Shown here piece after piece: positions 1 to 10,201 of a stretch of 29,983 nucleotides of DNA. This DNA comes from Fibrobacteria bacterium (lineage in GTDB: Bacteria > Fibrobacterota > Fibrobacteria > UBA11236). The stretch lies in contig JAYTHY010000079.1 in NCBI GenBank assembly GCA_043732185.1, positions 1 through 29,983 of the forward strand, in the 5' to 3' direction. Positions within the stretch are counted from its first letter, which is position 1. Each line of letters begins with the position of its first letter. Both the position numbers and the translations under genes were made by a program. Under the pieces are notes generated by a model. The model saw only the letters and a program-made list of their open reading frames with translations. It ran no database searches and was not told the origin of the DNA.

Positions 1-144
1 GGAGCCGTACCAAAAGCCCAAAGCGATTATGTTTGGAAACGCTTCACCGATGCCTGTGACTTGGTGCTTGGCACCCGAACCCAGCGCCAGGACAGTCCCG
101 GCGCTGGTGAAGTGGAAACAAAGTCCGAAACCGAACTGGCCTAA
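1..144 (+). CDS. 3' end of a DUF349-domain protein (partial, runs off the window start)
   Basis: Frame 1 reads GAVPKAQSDYVWKRFTDACDLVLG...ETELA*, stop TAA at 142-144. It matches the DUF349 repeat pattern G-x-V-P-x(3)-S-D-x-x-W-K-R-F-x-x-A-C-D. Confidence 0.7.
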   Translation, partial: GAVPKAQSDYVWKRFTDACDLVLGTRTQRQDSPGAGEVETKSETELA

Positions 145-153
145 AATTTCAAA

Positions 154-178
154 ATTGCGCTTGAATTTCTAGCGCAAT
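154..178. terminator. Inverted repeat after the DUF349 gene (possible terminator or operator)
   Basis: ATTGCGCT(154-161)...AGCGCAAT(171-178) forms a perfect 8-bp stem 10 nt after the stop. There is no clear U-tract. Confidence 0.35.
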
Positions 179-216
179 ACCAATTACCTATTCGTGAGTC
201 TACGCGTCAAAGGCGT

Positions 217-645
217 ATGGTTTATTCCACGCGCCTAATCTGCTTCTTTCTTTTCGCAATATTAATCTGGAATTCATCGTTAACATTAGCACAAACCAGC
301 GCCCCCATTAGTTATGATCCCATCAATATTAATGCGAAGCCTAGCGACTCCTTGCAAGATCAACATGAGCCAGACCCTGAAAGAAATCGAAAGATTCTAG
401 GTACGGCAAAAATACTTGCTGGTGTACTGCTTTTACCCATCGGATACTTGGTCACTTTCTCAAACAGCCTTGAGAAATGCGATAAAGAAGCTCTCCAAAT
501 TTTATGCTCCGAATCAGAGCCTAGCAAAACCGGAGAAACTATTGGGGATGGAATGCTGCTGACTGGCCTTTTATTTGTGGCTTTGGGCATTGCAGATTTT
601 TCCGAATTACAGGGCGCATCTAGTCTGAGCAACCAATTGCCCTGA
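217..645 (+). CDS. Hypothetical exported/membrane protein
   Basis: 142-aa ORF with a signal-peptide-like N-terminus (..SLTLA-Q) and two Gly-rich hydrophobic helices flanking a Cys pair. Confidence 0.6.
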   Translation: MVYSTRLICFFLFAILIWNSSLTLAQTSAPISYDPININAKPSDSLQDQHEPDPERNRKILGTAKILAGVLLLPIGYLVTFSNSLEKCDKEALQILCSESEPSKTGETIGDGMLLTGLLFVALGIADFSELQGASSLSNQLP

Positions 646-681
646 AATTTCTAATCGCCTTCCTTAGTAGTTTCTCCACTT

Positions 682-2016
682 CTATCGAAAAAACCGGTAG
701 ACTCTCAGAAAAAGGTTTTCCTTCAAAGCTTTTTGCCCAAGTGCATTTACACCTCCATTGTGAGAACCGATCGGAGACGGATTCCCTAAGCCTTCCCCCC
801 GACGGGATGCATTAACGCCCTTGATGCTAACTGATGTTCCCGGCATGATGACAATGCTGGCATGGGCCAGCTGGAAGGCAAGGGCCGCAGGGCCGAAATC
901 GGTTAATGAGCCCGTAAAATGGGTATCCGTAGCGGCGAACGCGTTTGAAGTCCAAGGATAGTGGCCGCTATACCCATTGGCAAGGAAAAACTCGAACAGT
1001 GAGGCAACGGTCTCCCCCACCGGTAAAAGTCGGGCGTTATTATTGTTGACTTCAGTGGCGGCAGCGGGCATTTCGCCCATTACCAGTGGCTTATCCGTGA
1101 TCCCGTTATTGACGGCTGAAGTGCGCACAGGGTAATAGGGTTCCATCCAAAGATAATAGTGGATTTGGTAGAAATCTAAAAAGGCCTGCGTGTCCACGAA
1201 TTGCTTTTGCAAATTAGCGTCACTCCAGTAATTCCCAACGCCAAATTTTTCGCTATTCCATTTAATGGAGGCGCTACCAATAGTCACCAGAACCTGACTG
1301 CCCGAATGATGGATGGCGGCCGCTGCCCGGGCAGCATAGCGTTGCATATTGGCCACCGACACTGATGCGTAGTTTTCACTCATCCATTCCGGCTCATTGC
1401 ACAAATCAATAGCAAAGAGATAGGGGTTGTCCTTATACCGCTGCACAAAGGGGACGATGTACTTATCCAGAATCGTCTGTACTCCGCTGGTGGTATTATA
1501 GACCGCCAGCCAGTTATTGAAAATCGTGGAATGGGCTTGAGTCACATAATCCCAAATATATGGGTTCACATGATCAAAAGAAACCATGGTAGCCATGACA
1601 TAGATATGCTGCACCGCTGCCAATGCCATGAGGTCATCCAGATCCTTCCACAACTGACTGTTGACGCCTGTTACACCCGTTGAATTAGTTAGTGGCTGCT
1701 CGGTTCCGTTGCAGCTGATCCAAATGCGCACGCTATTGATCCCTTTGGCTTTTAAGCGGGCAAATTCATTGTTCCACCAGACGTGGTCGTAATTGTTGCC
1801 GTCCGTGCTGCCGAACTCGTTGAAAAAATTCCAAGGGGTGTTCGCGCCATTGAGATAAATCGGCTTGGCATCCACCATCAACTTTGTCCCTTGCACATAG
1901 ATGCGACCAGGCGCAACTGCAAGTCCAGAATGAGCGGATTGCGGTTTGGCAGCCCCGTTTGCGAACAGATCCAGGGACGTCAACAGAACGATGCTCAAGA
2001 ATTTTGGCCATGACAT
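682..2016 (-). CDS. Secreted glycoside hydrolase family 5 (probable beta-mannanase/cellulase type)
   Basis: Signal peptide; GAN.PW, NSVRIW, acid/base motif DLCNEPE, LDFYQIHYY, nucleophile KPLVMGEMP; basic C-terminal tail VNALGQK...RVYRFFR. Confidence 0.85.
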   Translation of the reverse strand: MSWPKFLSIVLLTSLDLFANGAAKPQSAHSGLAVAPGRIYVQGTKLMVDAKPIYLNGANTPWNFFNEFGSTDGNNYDHVWWNNEFARLKAKGINSVRIWISCNGTEQPLTNSTGVTGVNSQLWKDLDDLMALAAVQHIYVMATMVSFDHVNPYIWDYVTQAHSTIFNNWLAVYNTTSGVQTILDKYIVPFVQRYKDNPYLFAIDLCNEPEWMSENYASVSVANMQRYAARAAAAIHHSGSQVLVTIGSASIKWNSEKFGVGNYWSDANLQKQFVDTQAFLDFYQIHYYLWMEPYYPVRTSAVNNGITDKPLVMGEMPAAATEVNNNNARLLPVGETVASLFEFFLANGYSGHYPWTSNAFAATDTHFTGSLTDFGPAALAFQLAHASIVIMPGTSVSIKGVNASRRGEGLGNPSPIGSHNGGVNALGQKALKENLFLRVYRFFR

Positions 2017-2021
2017 GGTAT

Positions 2022-3695
2022 TTATTTCCTCTCTGCTAAATATTTTCGAATCAAAGTATTCGTCGAGGCGTCATGTTTGAGCGCCGTGGCCGGATTTTTC
2101 TCTCCTGCCTCAAGCTCTGCAAGGATTTTTTTTGCCAATTGTTTTCCCAGCTCCACACCCCATTGGTCGTAACTATTGATGCCCCAAACAATGCCTTGCA
2201 CAAATATTTTGTGTTCATACATGGCTATCAGTGCGCCCAATACATGTGGCGTCAAATTCTTGAATAGAATGGAGTTGGTGGGACGATTGCCTTCGAACAC
2301 CTTATGTGGCCCCAGGCGCTTTACATCTTCAGGACTGAGACCGGCCGCTTTAAGCTCTGCTTCCGCTTCCAGCAAGGTTTTTCCAGCCATCAGGGCTTCG
2401 GTTTGGGCGAAATAATTTGACATGAGAATACGATGATGGTCGCCGATGGGATTGTGCGATTGGGCAGGGGCGATGAAGTCGCAGGGAATCAGTTTGGTGC
2501 CCTGATGAACCAGCTGATAAAAGGAATGCTGACCATTGGTGCCGGGCTCGCCCCAGATAATCGGACCCGTTTGGTAGTCCACGCGCTGACCGTCCTTATC
2601 CACGAACTTGCCGTTGCTTTCCATATCGGCCTGTTGCAAATAGGCGGGCAGTCGATGTAAATACTGATCATAAGGCATGACACCGTGGGTTTCTGCTCCA
2701 AAGAAATCCCCGTACCAAATGCCGAGCAGCGCCAGCGTGATGGGAAGATTGTCTTTTATGGGGGCGGTTCTGAAATGCTTGTCCATGTCATGGGCCCCGG
2801 CCAGGAAATCCCGGAAATGTCCGAATCCGATAGATAGGGAAATCGACAGCCCGATGGCGGACCAGCAGGAATAGCGGCCTCCCACCCAGTCCCAGAACTC
2901 GAAGGCATTTGCGGTATCGATTCCAAAAGCAGCCACGGCTTCCAGATTAGTGGACAGGGCAACGAAGTGTTTGGCAACGGCGGATTTGTCGCCGCCGCAG
3001 GCTTGGAGCAATGCATCACGAGCGCTTAAGGCGTTAGTCATGGTCTCTTGAGTGGTAAAAGTTTTGGACGCTACGATAAAAAGGGTGCGTTCCAGATCCA
3101 CTTTACGCAAAATTTCTGCGATATGCGTGGCGTCGACATTGGAAACGAAATGCACCGTCACGACCGGGTTTCCCGTCGAGTCATAACTATAAGGCTTTAG
3201 CGCCTCCGTAACCATGACGGGACCCAGGTCCGATCCGCCGATTCCGATATTGACAACATGCGTGATGGTTTTCCCCGAATGACCGAGCCAAACACCGGTG
3301 CGCACTTTTTCGGTAAAATCCCGCATCTTTTCCAAAACTGCCCGTACCTTGGGCATGACGTCCACCCCGTCCACCAACACAGGTTCGCTGGAAAAATTCC
3401 GCAGGGCGGTATGCAGAACGGCACGTCCCTCGGTAAAATTGATTTTTTTTCCAGTGAACATGGCCTCTCGCGCGGCTGCAACACCGGTCGCCTCCGCTAA
3501 ACCGCGTAACAAATCAAGCGTCTCATCCTTGACGATGTTTTTGCTGTAATCGACATACAGTCCACATGCTTCAAGATGCAGTCTTTCCGCACGACTCGGA
3601 TCCTGTGCGAAAAGTTCCCGCATTTTCCAGGGCGCGGCGGATTTGTGATGCGCCAAAAGCGCTTTCCAGGCGGGAGATTGGGTCAATGGACTCAA
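2022..3695 (-). CDS. pgi: Glucose-6-phosphate isomerase
   Basis: Motifs [60 protein letters not shown]; 557 aa; TTG start. Confidence 0.99.
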   Translation of the reverse strand: MSPLTQSPAWKALLAHHKSAAPWKMRELFAQDPSRAERLHLEACGLYVDYSKNIVKDETLDLLRGLAEATGVAAAREAMFTGKKINFTEGRAVLHTALRNFSSEPVLVDGVDVMPKVRAVLEKMRDFTEKVRTGVWLGHSGKTITHVVNIGIGGSDLGPVMVTEALKPYSYDSTGNPVVTVHFVSNVDATHIAEILRKVDLERTLFIVASKTFTTQETMTNALSARDALLQACGGDKSAVAKHFVALSTNLEAVAAFGIDTANAFEFWDWVGGRYSCWSAIGLSISLSIGFGHFRDFLAGAHDMDKHFRTAPIKDNLPITLALLGIWYGDFFGAETHGVMPYDQYLHRLPAYLQQADMESNGKFVDKDGQRVDYQTGPIIWGEPGTNGQHSFYQLVHQGTKLIPCDFIAPAQSHNPIGDHHRILMSNYFAQTEALMAGKTLLEAEAELKAAGLSPEDVKRLGPHKVFEGNRPTNSILFKNLTPHVLGALIAMYEHKIFVQGIVWGINSYDQWGVELGKQLAKKILAELEAGEKNPATALKHDASTNTLIRKYLAERK

Positions 3696-3767
3696 GGCGA
3701 TATCCTTGGATAAGGTGAATTGGAAATATAGTTAATAGACCATCTTATTCTTTTTATCTTGGAGTCA

Positions 3768-4424
3768 ATGCAACTTCACCCGGAAATACTCGAAAAATCC
3801 AGCGGCAAAGTTTCCGGTCCGGCAGTAGTGCTCATTCTTTTTTCCGGTGCCTTCCTCCTTTTTGCAATTATTTTCTTGATCGCCTTCCGGCAAAAGCTTT
3901 CGGATCAACACAGATTGGCAAACCAGTCCACCAGTACGTTCTCGGATAGCGCAACCACACGAGAAACCATGCATGCTTGGATGGCTGCCCTACCAGTCGA
4001 ATGGATCAAAGTCACAAAAGTGGAAGGCCAAGGTTTTGTGGTGTTTGTTCCGTGCTATTCCTCCAATGCCAAGATATCCCTCGAGAGTAGCCCGGACAGT
4101 CTACCTAGACTAGCATGTGAGTATTGCGACAGTTCTACTAACTTTACAATCACCAGCATCGCGCTCGCACGTTCCGATAGCGCATGGGAGTTTCGACTGC
4201 AACCAGATGAAGGACGTTTGAAACTTCTTCCCGTCAATGACAGCCTTCTATTGAATTTTCCGGAAGCTCCTTTTCAAGACAAGCTTTTACTTTGGACGCA
4301 TAGCCAGGAAAGCGGCCGAATCGACTCCATGATTTTTGTCCCCAAAAGCCAGGAAGGCGAATTTGAGGTTCTGCACGCCGAGGACGAAAACCCAGAGGGA
4401 TGTGGGGATGGCGCCTCGGATTAG
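3768..4424 (+). CDS. Hypothetical membrane-anchored periplasmic protein
   Basis: Single N-terminal TM helix, then a soluble domain with 4 Cys (including CEYC). ATG 3768 is preferred over TTG 3759 because TATCTT lies 7 nt upstream. Confidence 0.7.
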   Translation: MQLHPEILEKSSGKVSGPAVVLILFSGAFLLFAIIFLIAFRQKLSDQHRLANQSTSTFSDSATTRETMHAWMAALPVEWIKVTKVEGQGFVVFVPCYSSNAKISLESSPDSLPRLACEYCDSSTNFTITSIALARSDSAWEFRLQPDEGRLKLLPVNDSLLLNFPEAPFQDKLLLWTHSQESGRIDSMIFVPKSQEGEFEVLHAEDENPEGCGDGASD

Positions 4425-4753
4425 ACTTTCCCCCATCAAAATCCTAAACCAAAGGCCCGAATTTAGACAAAGCGGCCAAAGTTAGACCAATTAATGTTCT
4501 TGGCATCCTTTGGGCATTTGGTTAGTTTAGAGGCATGCGGTCAAGAGTTGTTCCGATGCGGGAAATCCGGGAAAAGTTCGGCTCTGAGGTAAAGGCGTTT
4601 CCTTATGCTTTTGTACTCAAAAGCCATCCTGCCGGCTGGGATTCCCAAATGCCAAACCCATTCTTGACGCCATCTCCTAATCCTTCGCCATTGGCGCTTC
4701 CGACCTCGAAATCTCCCAAGTATATCGAAGTCAAGCTCCGTGCTTAACTTGAA

Positions 4754-6037
4754 TTGATCCAGGCAGTCGCAGCATTCCTAACTCTCTGGCTTCTTTACTG
4801 CAGCCCCTCAGCACAGACCTTACTTACACTTGAACAAGCCCTGGCTACAGGTCTGCAGAACAATTATAGCCTTTCCTTATCTCATGACAAAACGGAAATA
4901 GCGGCCACAGAAAGTCGATCAGGCCAAGGAAGATTTCTCCCTTCCGCCTCCGCCGATCTCACCCAATCTGGAAAACTGAGCGGTGGCGCCCCGCAAACCA
5001 GGATTGGCGGCTCTCTCAACTGGTTGGTTTTCGACGGATTTCAAACCCACTACGCCTACCATCAATTGAAGCTGCAAGGCCAGTCTGCAATGCTGGAGGA
5101 CAGAGCCGCGTTGGAGGCACTGATTGAATCCATCATGCTGGCCTACTACGATATCGTGCAACAAAATCAAAAACTGGGAGCCATACATGATTTGCTTGCC
5201 GTGTCACTGGAGCGTAGCAAACTTGCCAATGCCAAACTGGAAATAGGATCGGGTTCTCGTTTGGATTACTTACAATCTTTGGCCGATCTCAATCTGGATT
5301 CTTCCAGCTATTTGAACCAAGACGTTTCCTTGCACATTGCCAAAGTCAAACTGAATCAAATCATGGCTCGGGACCCGGGGCTTGATTTTCAAGTGACCGA
5401 TTCCATTCCACTCGAGCCAGAGCAACCCCTGGAAGAATGGCGAAACATTGTCTTGGAAAACAATTCGGCGGTGGCCGCTGCCAAAGCCCGACGTGACGCG
5501 GCCCTTTCTGGAGTCTATGCTGCCCGGGGACATTGGTTTCCGAGCCTGAACACGGGTATGGCCTATTCTACGGCTCCTGATGCAATCAATCGCGCCGCTG
5601 CTTCCTATTCTGGTGATTTGACATACAGTGTAATGCTTACTCTGCCACTCTTTGACCGATTGGCCACGCCCACCGGTGTCACTCGGGCAAAATTGGAATT
5701 GCATCAAGAAGAAACGCGCATGAAACTTGCCGAGTCCGATGCGCTGACTAACTTTGAATTGGCCCGTAGCCAATACGTAACGGGTCTGCGACTGGTAACC
5801 TTGGAGGAACGCAACCTGCAGGTTTCCAAATTGCAAGCTGAAGGCGCGCAAGAGCGTTACCGCGTTGGGACATCCACACCCCTTGAGTTCCGAGATGCGC
5901 AAACCAGACTACTGGATGCCGAAGTCCGACTCATTACGGCGCGACAGAAAGTCAAGGTGGCAGAAACAGCCTTAAGAAGACTGGCCGGCCATTTAGTGAA
6001 GCAGGTCCAGGTGCCCACTCTTACGGAAGGGAAATAA
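4754..6037 (+). CDS. TolC-family outer membrane efflux channel
   Basis: LTLEQALATGLQNN start, two OEP-like repeats (FLPSAS.., WFPSLN.., LTLPLFD, ERYRVGTST.LEFRDAQ). First gene of the efflux operon; start uncertain. Confidence 0.92.
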   Translation: MIQAVAAFLTLWLLYCSPSAQTLLTLEQALATGLQNNYSLSLSHDKTEIAATESRSGQGRFLPSASADLTQSGKLSGGAPQTRIGGSLNWLVFDGFQTHYAYHQLKLQGQSAMLEDRAALEALIESIMLAYYDIVQQNQKLGAIHDLLAVSLERSKLANAKLEIGSGSRLDYLQSLADLNLDSSSYLNQDVSLHIAKVKLNQIMARDPGLDFQVTDSIPLEPEQPLEEWRNIVLENNSAVAAAKARRDAALSGVYAARGHWFPSLNTGMAYSTAPDAINRAAASYSGDLTYSVMLTLPLFDRLATPTGVTRAKLELHQEETRMKLAESDALTNFELARSQYVTGLRLVTLEERNLQVSKLQAEGAQERYRVGTSTPLEFRDAQTRLLDAEVRLITARQKVKVAETALRRLAGHLVKQVQVPTLTEGK

Positions 6038-7275
6038 TGTCCGATCTCTCGCCACTCAGAAAATTCAAGTGGGCATGGGTCGCCCCCGCTATGCTTGGGC
6101 TTGGCCTAGCCATTGGATGTGCTTGGTTTTTCTGGGGCCGGAGCCAAACCCCGGTGAAATGGCGTATGTCGCAAATCGAGCTGGGGCCTATTAGCGTTTC
6201 CGTAACAGCCACTGGCACATTACAAGCCGTGCTCACCGTACAAGTGGGCACTCAGGTTTCCGGTACCGTATCCGCCATATATGCAGACTTCAATGCGCAA
6301 GTTAAAAAAGGCCAAGTGATTGCACGTATTGATACCACCTTGCTTCGCGCCGCCTTGACTGACGCACTGTCCAATCAGGAGAGGAATGCGGCTCAAGATA
6401 AACAGGCCTCGGAAGCGCTAAAGCGTTCGCAAGCACTTTTTGCACGCGCACTTATTTCCCAATCCGAGCTCGATCAAAGCACAGCGAATGCCCAAGTTTG
6501 CAGTGCGAATCTCAATTCTGCCAAAGCCCAAGTGGACCGTGCGCGCATCAACCTCAGATATGCCACCATTGTCTCCCCTATTGACGGGACCGTTCTATCG
6601 AGAGCCGTGGACGTGGGACAAACCGTTGCCGCCAGCTTCAATACCCCTACGCTGTTTACCATCGCAGGAGATTTGAAGCAAATGCAAGTGCAGGCTTCCG
6701 TGGATGAAGCTGATATTGGAAAAATAACCGTCGGACAAAGAGCCACGTTCACGGTGGATGCCTATCCTGATTCTGTTTTTATGGCCGAAGTAAAACAGAT
6801 CCGCCTGCAACCCGTAACGGTACAGAACGTGGTCAGCTATGATGTTGTATTGTCCGTTCCGAATCCCGACCTTAAGCTCATGCCGGGGATGACTGCCAGT
6901 CTAAATATTGTCGTGGCTCATAAAGATGTCGTGATGCTGGCGCCATCACTGGCATTGCGATTTTCACCACCCGCCCAGGAAGGCAAAAAGTCACCCGCGA
7001 ATCGATCTTCTGGAAAAAATGAAACCATGTATAAACCGGGAATGGAAATTGCGAGCGATAAAATATTCGTGTTTGAGAACGGAAATCTAAAACCCGTCCC
7101 GGTACAGGTTGGTTTGACAGATGGCGTGCATACGGAAATCAGCGGCTCCCTTGAACCAGGAACACTTGTGGTTACGGGGGCGGAATCCAATCAGACTGGC
7201 AAACAGAACAAAGCTGCACCGTTTGGCATGACTCGGCCACCCGGCGGTGGAGGCGGTGGCGCCAGGTATCACTGA
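6037..7275 (+). CDS. Efflux periplasmic adaptor subunit (MacA-like membrane fusion protein)
   Basis: TM anchor, VTATGTL, VGTQVSGTV, VKKGQVIARID, SPIDGTV, ASVDEADIG, LMPGMTA; TAATG coupling to tolC. Confidence 0.95.
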   Translation: MSDLSPLRKFKWAWVAPAMLGLGLAIGCAWFFWGRSQTPVKWRMSQIELGPISVSVTATGTLQAVLTVQVGTQVSGTVSAIYADFNAQVKKGQVIARIDTTLLRAALTDALSNQERNAAQDKQASEALKRSQALFARALISQSELDQSTANAQVCSANLNSAKAQVDRARINLRYATIVSPIDGTVLSRAVDVGQTVAASFNTPTLFTIAGDLKQMQVQASVDEADIGKITVGQRATFTVDAYPDSVFMAEVKQIRLQPVTVQNVVSYDVVLSVPNPDLKLMPGMTASLNIVVAHKDVVMLAPSLALRFSPPAQEGKKSPANRSSGKNETMYKPGMEIASDKIFVFENGNLKPVPVQVGLTDGVHTEISGSLEPGTLVVTGAESNQTGKQNKAAPFGMTRPPGGGGGGARYH

Positions 7276-8003
7276 TGGACGCATCCAACCCACTGACCCT
7301 TATTTTGGTGCAAGAGCTGGTTAAAAACTATGTCATGGGGGAACAAAATGTTTATGCCTTGCAAAACGTAAACCTGGAAATTCATCGGGGAGAATTTGTC
7401 GCCATCAGTGGCGCTAGCGGATCAGGCAAATCCACATTCATGAATATTCTCGGCTGCCTGGATGTCCCTTCCGGAGGCCGGTACCACTTGGACGGACAAG
7501 CAGTTCAAGACTTAAGCAGAGATGCGCTTTCACAACTAAGAAACCGCAAGCTTGGCTTTGTCTTCCAATCCTTTAATTTACTAAACCGTACTTCCGCCCT
7601 GGAAAATGTCGAGCTCCCATTGTTGTATCGGAAGGATTTACCGTCTGCGGAAATCCGTCAACGTGCGCTGGAGGCTTTGACAGCCGTCGGTTTGGGTGAT
7701 CGTGTCAGACACTATCCCAACCAGCTTTCTGGCGGGCAACAGCAACGAGTGGCCATTGCCAGGTCTATGGTGAACGAGCCCATCCTTATCCTTGCTGATG
7801 AACCTACGGGAAATCTGGATACGCGGTCCAGCCTCGAAATTATGGAACTGTTCCAAGGATTGAACGAGCGGGGGATCACCATCATTCTAGTAACCCATGA
7901 ACCTGATATCGCTGCCATGGCTAAGCGACAAGTGATTTTCCAAGATGGGAAAGTGATTCTTGATAATCGGAACCTCCAGCCCAAAAGCGCGCGGCAGATA
8001 TGA
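7275..8003 (+). CDS. ABC transporter ATP-binding protein (MacB/LolD-type NBD)
   Basis: Walker A GASGSGKST, GFVFQSFNL, LSGGQQQRVAIAR, ILADEPTGNLD, VTHE. Confidence 0.97.
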   Translation: MDASNPLTLILVQELVKNYVMGEQNVYALQNVNLEIHRGEFVAISGASGSGKSTFMNILGCLDVPSGGRYHLDGQAVQDLSRDALSQLRNRKLGFVFQSFNLLNRTSALENVELPLLYRKDLPSAEIRQRALEALTAVGLGDRVRHYPNQLSGGQQQRVAIARSMVNEPILILADEPTGNLDTRSSLEIMELFQGLNERGITIILVTHEPDIAAMAKRQVIFQDGKVILDNRNLQPKSARQI

Positions 8004-9220
8004 AAATCGCCATCCTTATGAAAATCGCGTTTCGTTCTCTGGCACGCAATAAACTGCGCACAGCTTTAACCATGCTAGGCATCATCATCGGTGTAGCCGC
8101 TGTAATCGCCATGCTTTCCGTAGGACAAGGTGCAAAATCAGCCGTAGCCGGATCCATCGCAGGACTTGGTACCAATGTCATCAATGTATTTCCGGGTGCG
8201 CAAGGCTCCGGCAGCGTGCGTGGTGAAGCGGGTACCAGCAGCCGTTTCACGGAGGAGGATGTAGAAGCCATCCGGCGTGAATCCCCGGCGGTACGCTATA
8301 TAACACCCACAGCCAGAACCAGCGCCCAGATTAAAGTGGGAGGGCAGAATTGGAGAACAAGTATCTATGGTGCTTATCCGGAATATTTGCTTATTCGACA
8401 ATGGAATCTGGTTTCCGGAGGATTCTATTCCGCCTCAGATGAACGAGGCGCCGCTAAGGTTTGCCTAATGGGTCAATCGGTGGCTACCAATCTCTTTGGA
8501 GAAAACAGCAATCCAGTTGGCAAGACTATTCGCATCAAGAATTTGCCCTTTAAAGTAATCGGCCTCCTCGAATCGAAAGGGCAAGGTGCTTTCGGACAGG
8601 ACCAGGATGATATTATCATTGCACCTTTTTCCACGGTGGCAAAGAAACTGCTAGGCACCGGCTATGCGCAGGGTCTATTCGCCTCCGCTATATCGGAAGA
8701 AGCCATATCCGAAGCCTCAAACCAAATTGATTTGGTATTGCGTCGAAGATTTCATGTCGCCGCCGAGGACACCCCCGAATACTCCTTGCGTACACAAACC
8801 GAAATAGCTAAAGCGGCTGGTGGCGCATCGGCTGCCATGGCCATACTTCTATCCAGCATAGCCGCTATTTCACTATTAGTAGGTGGAATCGGCATTATGA
8901 ATATCATGCTTGTTTCCGTAACAGAAAGAACGCGTGAGATTGGAATACGCTTAGCCGTAGGCGCCAAAGGAAGCGATATCCTTCGACAATTTTTGGTGGA
9001 AGCCATGGTCATTAGCTTTTGCGGGGGAATAATTGGTGTTGCCTTAGGCGTCAGCACCTCCATATTCCTATCCACAATACAAGGCTGGGCGGTTTCGCTC
9101 TCCCCCTTCACTATTTTAGTGGCCTTTGCTGCATCGGCAGTTACAGGTGTTTTTTTTGGGTGGTATCCGGCTCGAAAAGCATCGAGGCTCAATCCAATTG
9201 ACGCACTTCGATTTGAATGA
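8000..9220 (+). CDS. ABC transporter permease (MacB/FtsX family)
   Basis: RTALTMLGIIIGVAAVI, LLVGGIGIMNIMLVSVTERTREIGIRLAVGA, PARKASRLNPIDALRFE; ATGA overlap. Confidence 0.97.
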   Translation: MKIAILMKIAFRSLARNKLRTALTMLGIIIGVAAVIAMLSVGQGAKSAVAGSIAGLGTNVINVFPGAQGSGSVRGEAGTSSRFTEEDVEAIRRESPAVRYITPTARTSAQIKVGGQNWRTSIYGAYPEYLLIRQWNLVSGGFYSASDERGAAKVCLMGQSVATNLFGENSNPVGKTIRIKNLPFKVIGLLESKGQGAFGQDQDDIIIAPFSTVAKKLLGTGYAQGLFASAISEEAISEASNQIDLVLRRRFHVAAEDTPEYSLRTQTEIAKAAGGASAAMAILLSSIAAISLLVGGIGIMNIMLVSVTERTREIGIRLAVGAKGSDILRQFLVEAMVISFCGGIIGVALGVSTSIFLSTIQGWAVSLSPFTILVAFAASAVTGVFFGWYPARKASRLNPIDALRFE

Positions 9221-9259
9221 AATAAAAAAGCATCGCTCGGCTTGACTTTAAATCTTTAG

Positions 9260-10108
9260 CTAAGGCAGTCGGTATTCCATATAAACGGAAATTCCATTTT
9301 CCTTTTCAATTCCAAGATTGGCTGGAGGCACCGATTTAGAGTTGCCCTGAGCTGTAAAGAAAAAAGTATACGGGCCATAGCCTTGGGATATTTTAAGAAT
9401 GCCGATTCCGTCAGCGCCTTTAACTTTTCCTGGGTACTGTCCACTCCCCAACCAAACGCGAGTATGGTGCCATTTCCCCCCGATTCCTAGGTTCGATGTT
9501 CCACCGCCACTTAAAGATGGACTGGATCCAAACGCCTCAGCTGACACGTAAAAACGATCATAATCACCCAACCGAAGCCCTAGGATCAGCTGGTCAACTT
9601 TTTTTGAATCCAAATCGGGTATTTCACTGCTGCGATACAGCCCACCAATTCCTGTGGTTAATCCAACCCAATGCCAATCTCCCGTCCAGTATGCGCCGTA
9701 AACGAATCCTCTTTTTTCGAACTGACTTCCCACAGTGTCAGAAAAGTAAGGGACGCCTTTATTGTCTTTTTTAACTTCCAGGACCGTAACATTTTCATCT
9801 ATGGCCCCCACAAAACCTCCAATACTATTGTGTCCGGGCCTAAGCCCTGAAAACCAGGAACCATGGTGTGAGGCAGTATCTTCTTCAAAACGGTGCTTAG
9901 CCGTTATCTGACCTTCCAGAAACCTGGAATCGAAATTTCCTTTGCATCCTACCAGATGATAGGCACCTTTTCCCATACCGGCTCCTAAATAAGTGCCGCT
10001 CGAATCTGGTGTACTAAAGCCCACCATAAAAGGAGAAATCGCGACAAGCAGAAGCAAATAGCGAAATTTTGGTGAGGGAAAACCACGGGTTGGGAGGATT
10101 TTTCGCAT
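9260..10108 (-). CDS. Hypothetical exported protein, probable outer-membrane beta-barrel
   Basis: Signal-peptide-like N-terminus, Gly/aromatic alternating strands, terminal strand ISVYMEYRLP. The start could instead be GTG 10135. Confidence 0.55.
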   Translation of the reverse strand: MRKILPTRGFPSPKFRYLLLLVAISPFMVGFSTPDSSGTYLGAGMGKGAYHLVGCKGNFDSRFLEGQITAKHRFEEDTASHHGSWFSGLRPGHNSIGGFVGAIDENVTVLEVKKDNKGVPYFSDTVGSQFEKRGFVYGAYWTGDWHWVGLTTGIGGLYRSSEIPDLDSKKVDQLILGLRLGDYDRFYVSAEAFGSSPSLSGGGTSNLGIGGKWHHTRVWLGSGQYPGKVKGADGIGILKISQGYGPYTFFFTAQGNSKSVPPANLGIEKENGISVYMEYRLP

Positions 10109-10181
10109 GTCGGTATCCAATCCATTGCCTAGCACCTAATGGCATTGTGTGTCGCTGGCCAGTGGGAAATTGCTTTTTTAT

Positions 10182-10201
10182 CGGTAATCTGGCAATTACC
10201 G
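10182..10201. promoter_or_regulatory. Palindromic candidate operator between divergent genes
   Basis: CGGTAAT-N6-ATTACCG is a perfect 7-bp inverted repeat in the divergent intergenic region. Confidence 0.3.

Noticed and set aside
4110..4135. CEYC as a heme c binding motif
   Set aside because: It is followed by Asp, not His, so it is not CxxCH.
5270..5902. 210-aa antisense ORF in tolC
   Set aside because: Shadow ORF with no protein-like features.
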